From the NCBI RefSeq assembly GCF_004010195.1, contig NC_057757.1, forward strand, positions 3,572,197-3,619,360: DNA of 47,164 bases, read 5' to 3'. How positions within the stretch are numbered: the first letter of the stretch is position 1; every line of letters starts with the position of its first letter. This document shows, one piece after another, positions 1 to 12,065 of this stretch. The translations under genes were made by a program, and so were the position numbers. The stretch comes from Chiloscyllium plagiosum. Taxonomy: Eukaryota. The notes under the pieces were generated by a model. It did not search any database. It worked only from the letters and a program-made list of their open reading frames with translations, and was not told the DNA's origin.

Positions 1-2527
1 ACAACAACAGGTGAAGTTCTTAGATCACTTAATATGTGAACAAGGGAAGGCTATTGGTCAAGACAGAGTTCAAGCAATCCAGAAAATTTCAAAACCTCAC
101 ACAAAGAAACAATTACTAACGTTTATCCCATATTACGCAAACCTTGAGGCGCCCTTAAGTGACATAGCCCATGGGAAAAGTTTGCAGAACCAGAGCCCGT
201 TGCAGTGGACCCCAGAGGCCGGGAGTGCCTTTGTTGAATTAAAAAAGGAGCTCCAAACTACACCTACGCTGGGGATTCCGAATCCAAACAAACGTTTTAT
301 ACAGTGGATGAGAAGCGTTGCTGCTTGACAAGCGTTGTGGGCGGCACGGTGGCACAGTGGTTAGCACTGCTGCCTCACATGGCTGGAGACCCGGGTTCAA
401 TTCCCGCCTCAGGCGACTGACTGTGTGGAGTACGTATGGGTGGGTTGCGCGTCGGTGTGGACTTGTTGGGCCGAAGGGCCTGTTTCCACACTGTAATGTA
501 ATCTAATCTAATCTGTGCTATTGCAGCATCATGGGGGAAGATTGAGGCCGGTAACTTATTTTTCAGCTGAACGAGACCCCGTAGCGGCAGGATTGCCGAA
601 ATGCCTGCGAGCCGTGGCCGCAGCTGAAAAAGCTGTTGTAGCGTCCAGGGGGACAGTGAATTAATCCTTCTGGTCCCACATGCAGTATCCTTACTGCTTT
701 CTGAGCAAAGGACGCACACATGTCAGCAGCACGTTATTGGAAATGCCGAACATTACAATTAAGCGATGTAACGTCCTTAATCCTGCTAGCCTTCTCCCCA
801 CAGAAGGAGACGGAGACCCACATGATTGTGCCACTGTAACTAATGAGATTTGCAGCCCCAGATCAGATTTACAGGATTCACCACTTTAAAATCCGGATAT
901 GGAGTTTTTTGTGGACGGGTCAGCTTTCAGGAGCAAGGAGACAGGCCAGAATTGTGTTGGGTATGCTGTAGTGACGACCTACGAGGTAGTCAAAGCGGGA
1001 CCACTCCCTTCTCATCTGTCAGCGCAAGCAGCGGAGCTGATTGCCTTGACTGAGGCCTGTAAATTGGCTGAGGGAAAGACAGTGAATATTTACACTGATA
1101 GCAGATATGTATTCGGGGTTGTACATGATTTTGGAACCCTGTGGAAATGCAGCGGCTTCTTGATCTCCACTGGAAAGCCCATCACACACCTGATTTCTGA
1201 CCTCCTGGAAGCAGTCCTGTTGCCTAAATGAATCGCTGTGTGTAAGTGTGAAGCCACACAAAAAAATAATGATTTTATTTCTCAAGGCAATGCAAGGGCA
1301 GACTCGGCAGCAAAAACAGCAGCCCAGCAGCTAATAAGTGAGCAGATTGACATGTGTATGATAAGAGTTTGTACCCCAACAGCAGACGTACGGGAGTTAC
1401 AATCACAGGCCACACCGGAAGAAAAGCGTGAGTGGACGAAAGCAGGATGCAGTGTGAGGGGAGGAGTATGGTGTGGCCCCAATAGTAAACCCTGTCTACC
1501 ACGATCGTTATTTCCATTATATGCCAAACTGACATACGGTAAGGACCATGTGTCAAAAGTGCGGATGTACGACAGTATTTCAGCACACTGGTACACTAAT
1601 TACTCATTAATCCCAGAAATATTGCGAGTGCTGTTTTATCTGTGCCACTAGTAATGTGGGGAGGGGAATATAGATGAGTCAGCACACCCCCAACCCCAAA
1701 AACCTTTTGAACATTTACAGATGAATTTAATTGAACTAACGCCCAGTGAAGGGAAAAGATATTGTCTGGTAATAGTTGATATGATTTCCAAATGGGTGGA
1801 AGCGTTCCTCACGTTTAAACAGGATTCCAGTGCAGTAGCCAAAGCTTTGCTAACTGAGATAATTCCGAGATGGGGCATCCCTGAAAGGCTTAGTAGTGAC
1901 AATGGGACACCATTTGTCAATAATGCCTTATAGTAGATCAGTATTTATTTGGGAATAAACATGAGACCACACTGTGCCTACGGCCCATCGTGTGGTGGGG
2001 CAGTGGAAAGAGAAAATGCTACCCTAAAAAATAAATTGACAAAATGTTGTAAGGAACTAGGAGTGACATGGAAAAACGCACTTCCGATTGTGCTAATGTA
2101 TATGAAATCTAGGAGGAGAGAAAGAGCTAATCTTAGCCCGTTTGAGATTTTGTTTGGTAGACCGCCCAACACAGGAATTGGCCCAAGACCTAAGGTAAGA
2201 CAGATAACAGGCCACTGTGAGGATGAGATGTTGTGTTACTGCATAAAACTCTTTACACTTTTATCTCAAATACAGGATCAAGTGAAAGCAGCACTACCCC
2301 AAACAGCCGAAGGGAAGCTGCATGATCTAGAACCGGGAGACTGGGTAGTGGTGAAGGACTTCAGGATGAAAAACTGGAAGGCAAATAAGTGGCTTGGACC
2401 GTTTCAAGTGTTCCTTGCAACACAAACAGCAGTTCAGATCGCAGAAAGAACCACATGCATATACGCTAGCCATTGCAAGCGTTTAGCTGGGCCTGAGGAG
2501 ACATCGGATGGCACCGAAACCAATTAA
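1..2527 (+). mobile_element. pol: ERV copy A, degraded pol (RT thumb/connection, RNase H, integrase); 5' part lies outside the window
   Basis: Fragmented ORFs with class I retroviral motifs: LQWTPEA..AFVELKKEL..TPTLGIP; tether LRPV.YFSA..DPVAAGLPKCLRAVAAA; RNase H FVDGS / SAQAAELIAL / NIYTDSRY / GNARAD; integrase LVIVD..SKWVEAF, IIPRWGIPERLSSDNGTPF, GAVEREN, GPY/F-type WLGPFQV. Many stops and frameshifts. Confidence 0.93.
339..514 (+). mobile_element. tRNA-derived SINE (HE1-like, internally deleted) inserted in ERV pol
   Basis: A box GGTGGCACAGTGG, B box GGTTCAATTCC, CR1-like tail GGGCCGAAGGGCCTGTTTCCACACTGTA ending in (AATCT)n. The pol reading frame (LTSV|VLLQHHGG) resumes on both sides. 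Confidence 0.88.
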
Positions 2528-2864
2528 GTGCAAGTAGTGATTAGAAGCCTCATGTGAATATGGGGCTGCCCCAGCTCACACCTTTAGCAAGCGCCCTGGT
2601 AGGACTATTCGTAAGAGCAGGGGCATTGCATGGACCCCACCCTACCATGGCTTTGACGAGTGTGACGCATGAATATGGGATGTATACAGGGCACACCAGA
2701 GCACGTGACAATACCACCGCAAAGCTATGTTTTGTGTAGGTGGTATCTGAGGAAAGGCCTGGTGTTTCCTAAACATTTTCTGATGTGCAGCTATTCTGGC
2801 TCTGTATTTTTTTGTTGTTGCTGTAGTTGTCTTTGTTGCCATAAAATGACAAAAAGGGGGAAAA

Positions 2865-3301
2865 CGTAATGGAAAATTATCCATTTACTGTGTAATTAAT
2901 TATCCATTTACTGTGAAATTTAAAGAGAGTGAGTCAATTTTAAATCAATGCTGTACTGAGCTTTGTAAACGATGCTTTGATGAAGGTTTGCAGTTAGCTT
3001 ATCTCTGTTTGACTTCTGTAAACATTCAACTCGACCTTGCGATAGTCGAACTCAGCGAAAGCTGAATAACTGTTATGTCTAGGACCAGGGGTGAGAGGAT
3101 AACAACTTGAGTTTCCTCAGTCTCTGCCCTTGAGAGTGTGATAAGGAACGCTGTAAGACAGGCATCTCTGTAAATGTTTAGGTACTCATTGCATTGAGGC
3201 ATCTGACTTAGTGTAATGAGTCAATCTTGCAAGATTTTTAATAAAGACTCTGGCTTTGCTCTTGCTAATTATTGAGTCAAGTCGATTTAATTTCCACGAC
3301 A
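2865..3301 (+). mobile_element. 3' LTR of ERV copy A, preceded by a polypurine tract at 2851-2864
   Basis: AAAAAGGGGGAAAA followed by (C/T)GTAATGGAAA...TTTCCACGACA. AATAAA at about 3240. Aligns with both LTRs of copy B. Confidence 0.88.
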
Positions 3302-4865
3302 CTGTACAGGAGGTGTTGGATGTATTGGAATGTATGAAGGTGGGTAAATCTCCTTTTCATGAACAGATACATCCAAGAACATTACAAGAGGCTGGAGAAG
3401 AAATTGCAGGGCTCTTGGCTTATATTTTTGATTCATCATTAGTCACGGGTTGGTCCCGAACGATTGGAGAAGAGCGAGTGCTATGCTCTTCTTCACTAAG
3501 GACTACAAAACAAACCTGGGAGCTATCGGCCAGGAAGCCTCAAGCTGTGGAAACTCAGTTACTTGAGAGATTCTGAGAGATGAGATATATATGTGCTTAC
3601 GCAGATATAGTCAGCATGGATTTGTGTGTGGGAGATCATGCCTGGCAAATTTGTTCAAGTTATTTGATGAAGTGACCAGGAAATTTGATGTGGGTAGGGT
3701 GATAAATGTTATCTATTTGGATTTCAGCAAGGTCTTTCATAAGATGCCTCATCGTAGGCTGCTATGGCAGGTTAGATCGCATGAAATTCAGGGCGAGCTG
3801 GCAAATTGGATGTACAATTGGCTTGATGATCAGAAGCTGAGAGTAATAGTGGAAGGATGCTTACCAGGCTGGAGGCCTGTTACAGTGGAGTGTCTCAGGG
3901 GTCAGTGCTGGGCCCATTTCAGTTTTGTATCTATATCAATGATTTGAATGAGAATGGACAAGGCATGATTGATAAGTTTGCAGATGAATAGGCGGTATTG
4001 TGGACAATGAGGAAGGTTATCAGAAATTGCAGCAGGGCCTTGATAGGCTGGAAAATTGTGACGAGAAATGGCAAATGGAGTTTAGTGTAAATAAGTGTGA
4101 AGTCTTACATTTTGTAAAGTCAAATCAAGACAGGAGTTTCATATTGAATTGTCGGACATTAAGGAGTGTAGTGGTACAGAGGGACCTTGGAGTTCAGGTG
4201 TACGTTTCACTGAGGCTGGAGTCACATATAAACAGGGCAGTGAAGAAGGCTTTTGGCACACTGGCCTTCATCAGTCAAGGAACTGAGTCGAGAATTTGGA
4301 AAGTTATGTTGCAGTTGGACAGGTGATGAGGCTGCACTTGGAATATTGTGTTTAGAAGGATGTTATTAAACTGGAAAGAGTGCAGAATAATTTACAAAGA
4401 TGTTGCCAAGACTCAAGGGCCTGAGGGAAAAGAAGAGTTTGGACAAGCAAGGACTTTTTTCTTTAGAGCATAGGCTACTGAGGGGGGATGTTATAGAAGT
4501 GTACAAGGTAATGAGATGCATGGGTAGAGTGAATGCATTCAGTCTTTTTCCCCAGGGTTGGGGAATTGAGGACTAGAGGCCATCGATTTAAGGTTAAAGG
4601 GGAAAGAATAAAAGGGAACATTAGGGATAACTTTCTTTTACACAGACAGTAAGACACATGTTGAACGAGCTGCCCACAGAAGGGGTTGAGGCAGATACAT
4701 TAACAACATTTCAAAGGCATTGGGACAAATGCGTTGATGGGAAACGTTGAGAAGGATATGGGCCAAGTGCAGAGAAATGGGTTTAGTGTGGATGGACATT
4801 TTGTTCGACATGGGCCAGTTTGGGCAAACGGGCCTGTCTCCGTACTGTAGTATTTGATGAATCGA
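3302..4865 (+). mobile_element. CR1 LINE, RT and 3' end (degraded)
   Basis: QHGF..GRSCL.NL, VIYLDFSK.F.K.PH, KFAD, KWQMEF...KCEVLH, RDLGV motifs and a CR1 3' tail. Confidence 0.9.
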
Positions 4866-5702
4866 TAGTAACAACATCAGTTCGAACTGAATGGTGTTCC
4901 ATATGAATTAGGAGCAGGTTTATGCTTTCGGAATAGACTTTTTTGTTTCCTTGTAGATGGGAAGGAATCAACATGACATTAGCCTGCATTATGACTGAAG
5001 GGCATAATATTGCAGATTTACCATAATATTGCAAATGCATAGGCCTGAATGCAATATTCATGCAGAGAAAATAAAAATATTGTCAAAATAATTTTTCAGA
5101 ACGTGGTCAATGTACCTTTTCTGATGTGGTCAATTGTCATTTGGAGATTGCTTTGAATGAGTTCCTCCCAATAAAAAAGCCGACACGTGGAAGTATATCT
5201 GATTCTTAGACAAGGAAATAGGTGAATGCAAAAACACCAAACATGTCTCAGAGACATCGACCTTGTCAATCCCTCCCTCGTTTGAGAGGGATAGAGCAAT
5301 CCTTGGTTGAAGAAGGAGTGAGTCGTTCAAAGCATTTGATTTTCTTCCACCCACATCACATGACAGCGGTGAAACTCAGATTGCGAGATTAATCCTTTTA
5401 CAATATAGCTGACACATCCTTTTTAAACTCACAAATTGCTGCATATGTTTTCTTTTAATGTGTCACATTGCAGAAGATGCAATTACTGATAGAGCTGTGA
5501 AAACAATTTTTCCCTGCCATTTCAAACCAGAATTCATCTACACAAGGCTACAAAAACAGGAGGAAATGTATTTAGCACCAAGTCAGCAAATGTCCTTTTA
5601 CTGGATCAAAATTTAATAACCCAATGTCACTTCTAAACATATAATTTTCACCAGATCATGTCACTTGTTCGCGGCAGGTAAACCCCTTGTGAATTTTCTG
5701 TT

Positions 5703-6600
5703 TCATTTCTTTTTCTTTATAATTGCACAAGCGATTAGTGGATTCCTGACAATATTCTGCAATTCCTCTCTAAATTTGCTTTGCGTTATGGCATAGATAA
5801 ACGTGTTGGTGCATGCACTGAATAGCTGTAACATATTACCGATTTCTCGAAAAATAAATTGTGGATCACTGAAATCTGTGATTTGATAATCATTTGTAAA
5901 TCGTTCATAAAGGAAGTAGATAAGGAACGACAGCCATAAAAGAATGAAACTGCCGGATACAGCAAATAGCAGAATGATAGATTTTTTCCGGCTCTCCATT
6001 TCCGGGTCAGCCTTATTCTCTTCATTGAGCTGGGATCGGAGTCTTCTGCGGGCCTTATTGACAACAAGAATGTTTCTGACAGTCAGAGCATTGAGCAGAA
6101 GAATCAGAAAGAATGGAAAACATGGCGTTAAAATATATTCAAACCATTCAAATGTTGTCCACAAAAGGGAAGTGTGACGGATTTTCTTCAACCTGCAATA
6201 CCATGGTATATTATTACTTATGTACATGGGTTCATGTAGAAGGTACCAGGGGATATTCTTTATACATCCCAATGAGCAAACTGTTCCGATTACCACAGCA
6301 GACATTCTATCAGTGCAATATTTCACTTTGAATTTCTGGCAACAAATAGCAACATGGTGAATGCAACAGTTAAACAAACAGAAGTATCTCTGGCCGCGTA
6401 AATTAAAGCAATGGTGAGACTGCAGATGGGAGTAATCGATAGGACGGAACCCGGAAAATAAATGCCAGGAATACGGTTTAGAAGTACAGCGGTAATGATA
6501 ACCAGGAGGTCTGTTACTGCCATGGATACCAGGTACCTTGTGATACATCTTGATAGTCCGCATTTTCCTCGGGACAGAATTGCAATAGCCAGTAAATTAA
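5703..6600 (-). pseudogene. GPR139/142-like GPCR gene 1, exon 2, frameshifted in the TM3 DRY region
   Basis: Acceptor TTTGAACAG|TT at 6600. One frame reads VNLLAIAILSRGKCGLSRCITRYLVSMAVTD...TVAFT, then shifts at 6355/6356 into VAICCQKFK...CTNTFIYAITQSKFREEL (stop at 5703). The FDR codons are missing (about 10 nt). Confidence 0.88.
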
Positions 6601-7913
6601 CTGTTCAAACAAAACAAAATAAGCTGTGTCGGCTAAGAGTGGAGAATTAATTCCCAACGAAATCATTATGCTTATGACATGCTTTGCAAAGTTTGGAGTT
6701 ATGATAGTTGAAGTAAGCAAATATATTTTAGCATCTAAAGATAAGGTGGAATAAATGAGAACTTGAAAATATATTGATTACTGTATTATCATTATAATAA
6801 TAAAAATACTTGGAATCTATTTTGAGAACAGGCCCAATATTAATACCTGTGTACAATTTAAATGACTGAAAACAATCCACTGGACAAGTGACGCAACAAA
6901 GCCGGAACTGATCTGATCAGAAAATTTGAAGAGGACATGGATAATATTTGAATGAAAAATGGCAGTACCTACCAATTGCAATTCCAGCACCAGACTACGT
7001 AAGTAAATTTCAAGTTGACACAACAGCTTTTATGATTCTAAATTGCATGCAAACCCAAAGATATTACTGCATCTTGTTTAAACTTAAACAATGTATATTA
7101 ATTCAAAGCAATATCTCAACAACTGCTTGAAAATTAATGATGCAACTGTCAGAGTTTGGCTTGGAATTCTTAAACAAACATTTCAGTGATTAAAACACTC
7201 TTATTTTTATGTGAAAGGTATTACATCCAGGCTCTATTTTGTCTCAGGCACGCTGTAGCACAATTTCAAAGAGATGAGTCCATGCTGGTATGTCTCTATC
7301 AGAGGAGATGAGAGGAAACAAAAATACACTCAGAGCGTAGGTGGCAAGTGGAATTTACTACTTAACGTTAGTAGATCCAGAAGCCTTCATAACATTTTGG
7401 AAGTATATAGATGTGCACTTGCGAAGCCAATGCATCCACGGTTATGGTGCAAATGCTGGAACATGGGATTAGGAAAGTGGGGTTGTGTTTGGGAACAGCA
7501 CAGATGCTTTGGCTCAAAGCACTCTTTTCTGAGTAGTTGATGTCTCCAACACTATGTTCAGTCTTTATGGCGATAAACAATTCCTGATCACATCCACTTC
7601 CCAAAATAAATGTGGTAAGTGCAGACCCCGGTTTTCGGGTCTTGTTATGCACTGATTATTTACCATTTTTATCAGGGCAGTTTAATGGCCATTCTTTATT
7701 TGCAATGCTTCCCTAAAAGTCACAAGAATGTTGCAAAATGTTATAATGAGCACCTATTTAACTTTTAGAATTTTCCCTGTACATTTCATATTGAAAGGAG
7801 CATCGATACGTCAGTATTACAATCAAGACTGGAGCAAACGCAAAGAAATATCAGGCATGTATGTCTTCTTCGTTTTGTGATTTATACCATCTCACAGTAT
7901 GGTTTGGGATGTG

Positions 7914-8270
7914 ATGGTAATACCGTGATAATATTTCCAGAAAAAAGGTAAAATCAAAATAGCCCCACAAGGAAGAAGGTGGGGCTCAACAGCGAGAGAT
8001 GACTCGCGGTGGTATAACCTGAGCATCACATCACCTCAGGGGAGGGGATAACTGAGAACTGTTAGCTCTGTTGGAGAGTTGTATGATTTGCCGTGCAAGA
8101 TTCCGTTGAAAATATGGGTTTAATTCCTGCACCAACTGAAGTTTCTGTGACGGGTCTGCCTTTTCAAAATTGTCCCTTACCCGGTATATGATGACCCTCA
8201 GATGAAACACACCCCGTAATTTGGCTGTCTCTCTAATGAGAGATTGACTATGGTGACATAACCATTGTAA
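7914..8270 (+). mobile_element. Old tRNA-SINE-like repeat with a 5' extension
   Basis: A-box-like TAGCTCTGTTGG and B-box-like GGGTTTAATTCC. A related copy lies inverted at about 10200-10510. Confidence 0.5.
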
Positions 8271-8373
8271 TACCAATGCTCTTCACGTCAGTGTGTGGAA
8301 TGGCCTTGCCTGAATAAACATCGTTTCTCTATTATACAAACCTGTAAAATGCTCGTCAGAGTTAACTCTTTGC

Positions 8374-8676
8374 TAGGAGAGAGTGATGACTGCGGATGCT
8401 GGAGATCAGAGCTGAAAATGTGTTGCTGGAAAAGTGCAGCAGGTCAGGCAGCATCCAAGGAGCAGGAGAATCGACGTTTCGGGCATGAGTTCTCTCTCGT
8501 TGTTGAGAGAGCAGCATCTTCTTCCTGTGGGGCTATTACGATTTTACCTTTCTCCAGGAAATATTATCGTGGTATTACCATTCCTGAAGAAGGGCTCATG
8601 CCCAAAACGTCGATTCTCCTACTCCTTGGATGCTGCCTGACCTGCTGTGCTTTTCCAGCAACACATTTTGAGCTCG
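8374..8676. mobile_element. Non-autonomous palindromic Penelope-like element with internal cargo
   Basis: Inverted arms at about 8374-8489 and 8581-8675. 11-bp TSD TAACTCTTTGC (8363-8373 and 8677-8687). Decayed hammerhead core CTGAAGA-AGGGC TCAT GCCC-AAAACGTC. Confidence 0.8.
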
Positions 8677-9418
8677 TAACTCTTTGCACAATCTCTAGAC
8701 AGGTTAAACAAGGAATTGAATGATTCAGTGATAACGCGATATCCAGTCAGGGATACATTTGATTTTAAAGCTTTCATTGTTCAAACTGATTTGGAACAAG
8801 TTATTGTCATTTATGCAGGATGAACGAGCAGTAACAGCATGATGGGAGGTAACAACTGGATTGGAAAATGGTTCAGAGGCAAAGATCAGAATTGCAGGTC
8901 TATAGAGAAAATGATCACTGAGATCTGTGGTGAAACAGTGTCATTCACCAGACAGAGGGCCAGAGTTGGGAGGCACAGCTGGACAGAAGCTGAGCTGCTC
9001 CCCTGAGTGAAGGAACATGGAGTGGAGCAGTACAATCCCGCTGTTTGCCGCCACCTTCTCCAAGACATTTACAGATAGAAGGTCAATGCTGCTCAGACCG
9101 GGAACAACGAAGTATTGCAAGGAGAGTAAGTCGATAACCAAGTGGCTTATTGGAGATAATTAACACAGTTTCGAAATATTCTTGGGACATTGTTTCACAG
9201 TACCATTTCTATACTGAGTGCCACTACGAATATAGTTCAGAACGCAACTCTGAGTTAAAGAAAAACATTTAAAACATTATTCAGCTTGGAACATCGATCC
9301 AAATTGTTCTGAAAATTCAGCTGGAAATTCATTGTGACAACTATCATCAACAGCTATTTACCACGATAATCCACTTAACTAGTGTTTTTCAAGATGCTTC
9401 ACATTTGGAGGACTTTAC

Positions 9419-9488
9419 CTGGGACTGCGATACCTGCAAGGGCCGTGTAGTAAATTGCATAGATCAGGCCTCTTGGCGGAAGATGCAT
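9419..9488 (-). pseudogene. GPR139/142-like GPCR gene 1, exon 1 (MHLPPRGLIYAIYYTALAGIAVP)
   Basis: IYYxxLAxxxVP TM1 motif ending in a phase-1 donor CAG|GTAAAG, as in the paralogues. TATAAA at 9550-9555 on the minus strand. Splices in frame to 6600. Confidence 0.8.
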
Positions 9489-10194
9489 TATTTCCTCGGA
9501 GCACTGATGTCTGTTTGTATCCAACATGCATTCTTTCCATCTCTCCATGTTTATAGCTGATGCTGAATCATTGGAGATGCAATTAGAGAGCAGCAGGAGG
9601 TATCTTTCAATTCACCGGTTAGGTTGCAACAAAGTCTGTAGTCATTAAGCAAATGAAATGTTGCATTTAATCAAACTTTTCTTTTCCATACTGTCAAATG
9701 AAACAGAATTCGTTCTACAAATTGTTGCTCCAAATATTTCTATCCACGTGCTGGATAACCAAGTAATTTTTCACTTTGCTTTAAATTATCCAACTCCATT
9801 CTGTGAATGATCAGTGAGTCGATTTTCAGCAGACTTCATAGAGGCGATAACCATAATGTTTCAGCTCACCAGCTTACCGCTTTCAATTCACTACTGGCGA
9901 AAAAATTGCCAGTCAGCTTCAGCTACTCTCCTTTAACTGATGCCCCTTGTGAAGAAGTGCTTGCTTTAAAATGCAATGTGCTACTGAACTGGATGTCACT
10001 TTTTCGCATAATCATTCAGGACTTGTTATACCTGCATGACATTGATGTAACAAACCGGGAACTTCAAATAACATTTCACAGGTTGATGTTTCATCGAATC
10101 AATGTTTATTTATTTAAGGGCTTTCCGCATCCACACACTGACCTAAAGAGAGACAATATTACAAAGATAAAGTCGCCACATTCTGCACTGTAAA

Positions 10195-10510
10195 TAGAGA
10201 GAGAGAGAGAGAGAGAGAGAGAGCAGCGGTGGTGAGTTTATTCTGAGAGTCACCACACTCTACACACTCTAGCCGAGGGACGACATTGAGAAGGGAGAGC
10301 CATCCTGATAATCTCACCTAGTGGAGGAAATAACCTCATTCTACACGATAAATCAGCCAAATAACCAAGGAAACTAACAACCACTCCCCTCGACTGATAA
10401 ATGATCACCGTACACCACTTACCTCTCTCTGGTCAGAGATCAATTTTGTACTCCTGTGGGACTGTAGTGACTTTACCTTTCCATCAATATTATCATGGTC
10501 TCACCATTAA
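10195..10510 (-). mobile_element. Second copy of the old SINE-like repeat with an (AG)n end
   Basis: Its reverse complement matches 7914-8270 in several blocks. Confidence 0.45.
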
Positions 10511-11669
10511 ATACTTATCCATGCTATCAGAAACCATAATATCCCAAAAAAGGAACGAGAAACATGGTGTAGTATCTTCATAAGATTTATGATCTTCCTT
10601 GTGACTGACAGATCTACACAGTCCAATTTGATGAAACTCACAAGGAAAGGATAATGTTTTAACAAACGAAGAGGTGCATATCATAACATTTGTCACCATC
10701 TTGGAATTTTCTGGAGAGTTTTCCAACAAACGGTGTGGCACTAAACTTTCCGGATGAAATTGACATACAAGCAACATATAGCAATATTCCAACGTGTCCG
10801 CACTACACTGAACAGATAATTGTTTGAGGGATGTGATCTGAGATGGTTTATCAAAACTAAAAACCTGACATCGTGCCATGGACCATGACAGCAGAAAATA
10901 GAGCCCTTCGTCTTAACTCATTCGCAACTGGTTACACACAATACTTTAACTATTCTCTTCACAATTTCCAGCGCTTTGCCCACAGCTGTGAATTCCACAG
11001 CATTACAAGAACATTTTTATTCATTTATGGGATGAGGTCAGCATTTATTATCCATCCAGAATAGTTCAATGGGATGTTAGAGTCACCCTCTTTGCTGCGG
11101 TTCTGGTGGTAATGATGGTAATGTATTTCCCTAAAGGAGGAAATAGGTGTTCCAGAACATTACCTGTTTCCAGTAATAATACCACAGAGCCACGTGTCAC
11201 CACTGGGGAAGTGCACATCTAAATATGTCTTCAATGTTCTGAAGGCTTCTACCTGAATCCCCTCACAGTCAGTGAGTTCCAGATCCCAACCACAATCAGT
11301 CTGAGTTGTTATTCCCACACATCTCCTCTTGTAGACATATGGAAACATGTCTCACCCCCCCCCCCGCCCCCGACAACTCAGACTACGATATGTCCCTTGC
11401 ACTTCTCATCATTATCACTAATTTTAAACAAACACAACAATTAATATCGGGTTATTTTTCTCCTAGATTACAAAGTGTGCAATTTTTATGATGATTAAAC
11501 ATCAACCAACAATTTTCCGATGTCCCACTTATTCATCTTACCTTCAGTTGCAAATGCTTGCTTACAACTCTCAATGCTATACTCTTTGCAAAATATGTGA
11601 TAAATAGCATAAGTTAGTTGGTAGTTAATTCTATATTTCTGAAGTAAACTCTTTCTTTTGTTTCAACAG

Positions 11670-11950
11670 TCAATATGGTGGTGTTTGCAATCCTGTCACG
11701 CAGAAAATGTGGACTATCAAGCTATCTAACCAGGTATGTGGTTTCCATAGCAGTACATTTGGTGACTATCATAACCTTGCTTCCAAACCGCATTCCTTGG
11801 ATGTCCATTCCATTTATTTTCCTGTGGATTCTTCCAGTTTCAATACTGCTTCAATAAAATGGATATTGAACTAATTTGGTGGTTGAAGACAGACTACCGT
11901 TGAATGGGTGTTTTTCAGCCCCCAGACCTTTGACCACTTTTGTTTCAACT
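11670..11950 (+). pseudogene. GPR139/142-like GPCR pseudogene fragment (exon 2, TM1-TM3), head-to-head with gene 1
   Basis: Acceptor TTTCAACAG|TC, then VNMVVFAILSRRKCGLSSYLTRYVVSIA...NRIP, a stop at 11855, and a TFDHFVS remnant of TFDRFVA. Interrupted by a repeat arm, followed by a gap. Confidence 0.78.
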
Positions 11951-12065
11951 AGGAGAAAGTGAGGACTGCAGATGCTGGAGATCAGAGCTGAAAAATGTGT
12001 TGCTGGAAAAGCGCAGCAGATCAGGCAGCATCCTAGGAGCAGGAGAATCGACGTTTCGGGCATAA
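11950..12065. mobile_element. Single arm of the palindromic Penelope-like element
   Basis: TAGGAGAAAGTGAGGACTGCAGATGCTGG...CGACGTTTCGGGCATAAG, same family as 8374. Confidence 0.8.

Noticed and set aside
339..410. tRNA gene
   Set aside because: The A and B boxes belong to a SINE head that continues into a CR1-like tail.
10650..10720. Exon 1 of the plus-strand GPCR pseudogene
   Set aside because: Only a vague resemblance; no YY motif in frame and no GT donor.
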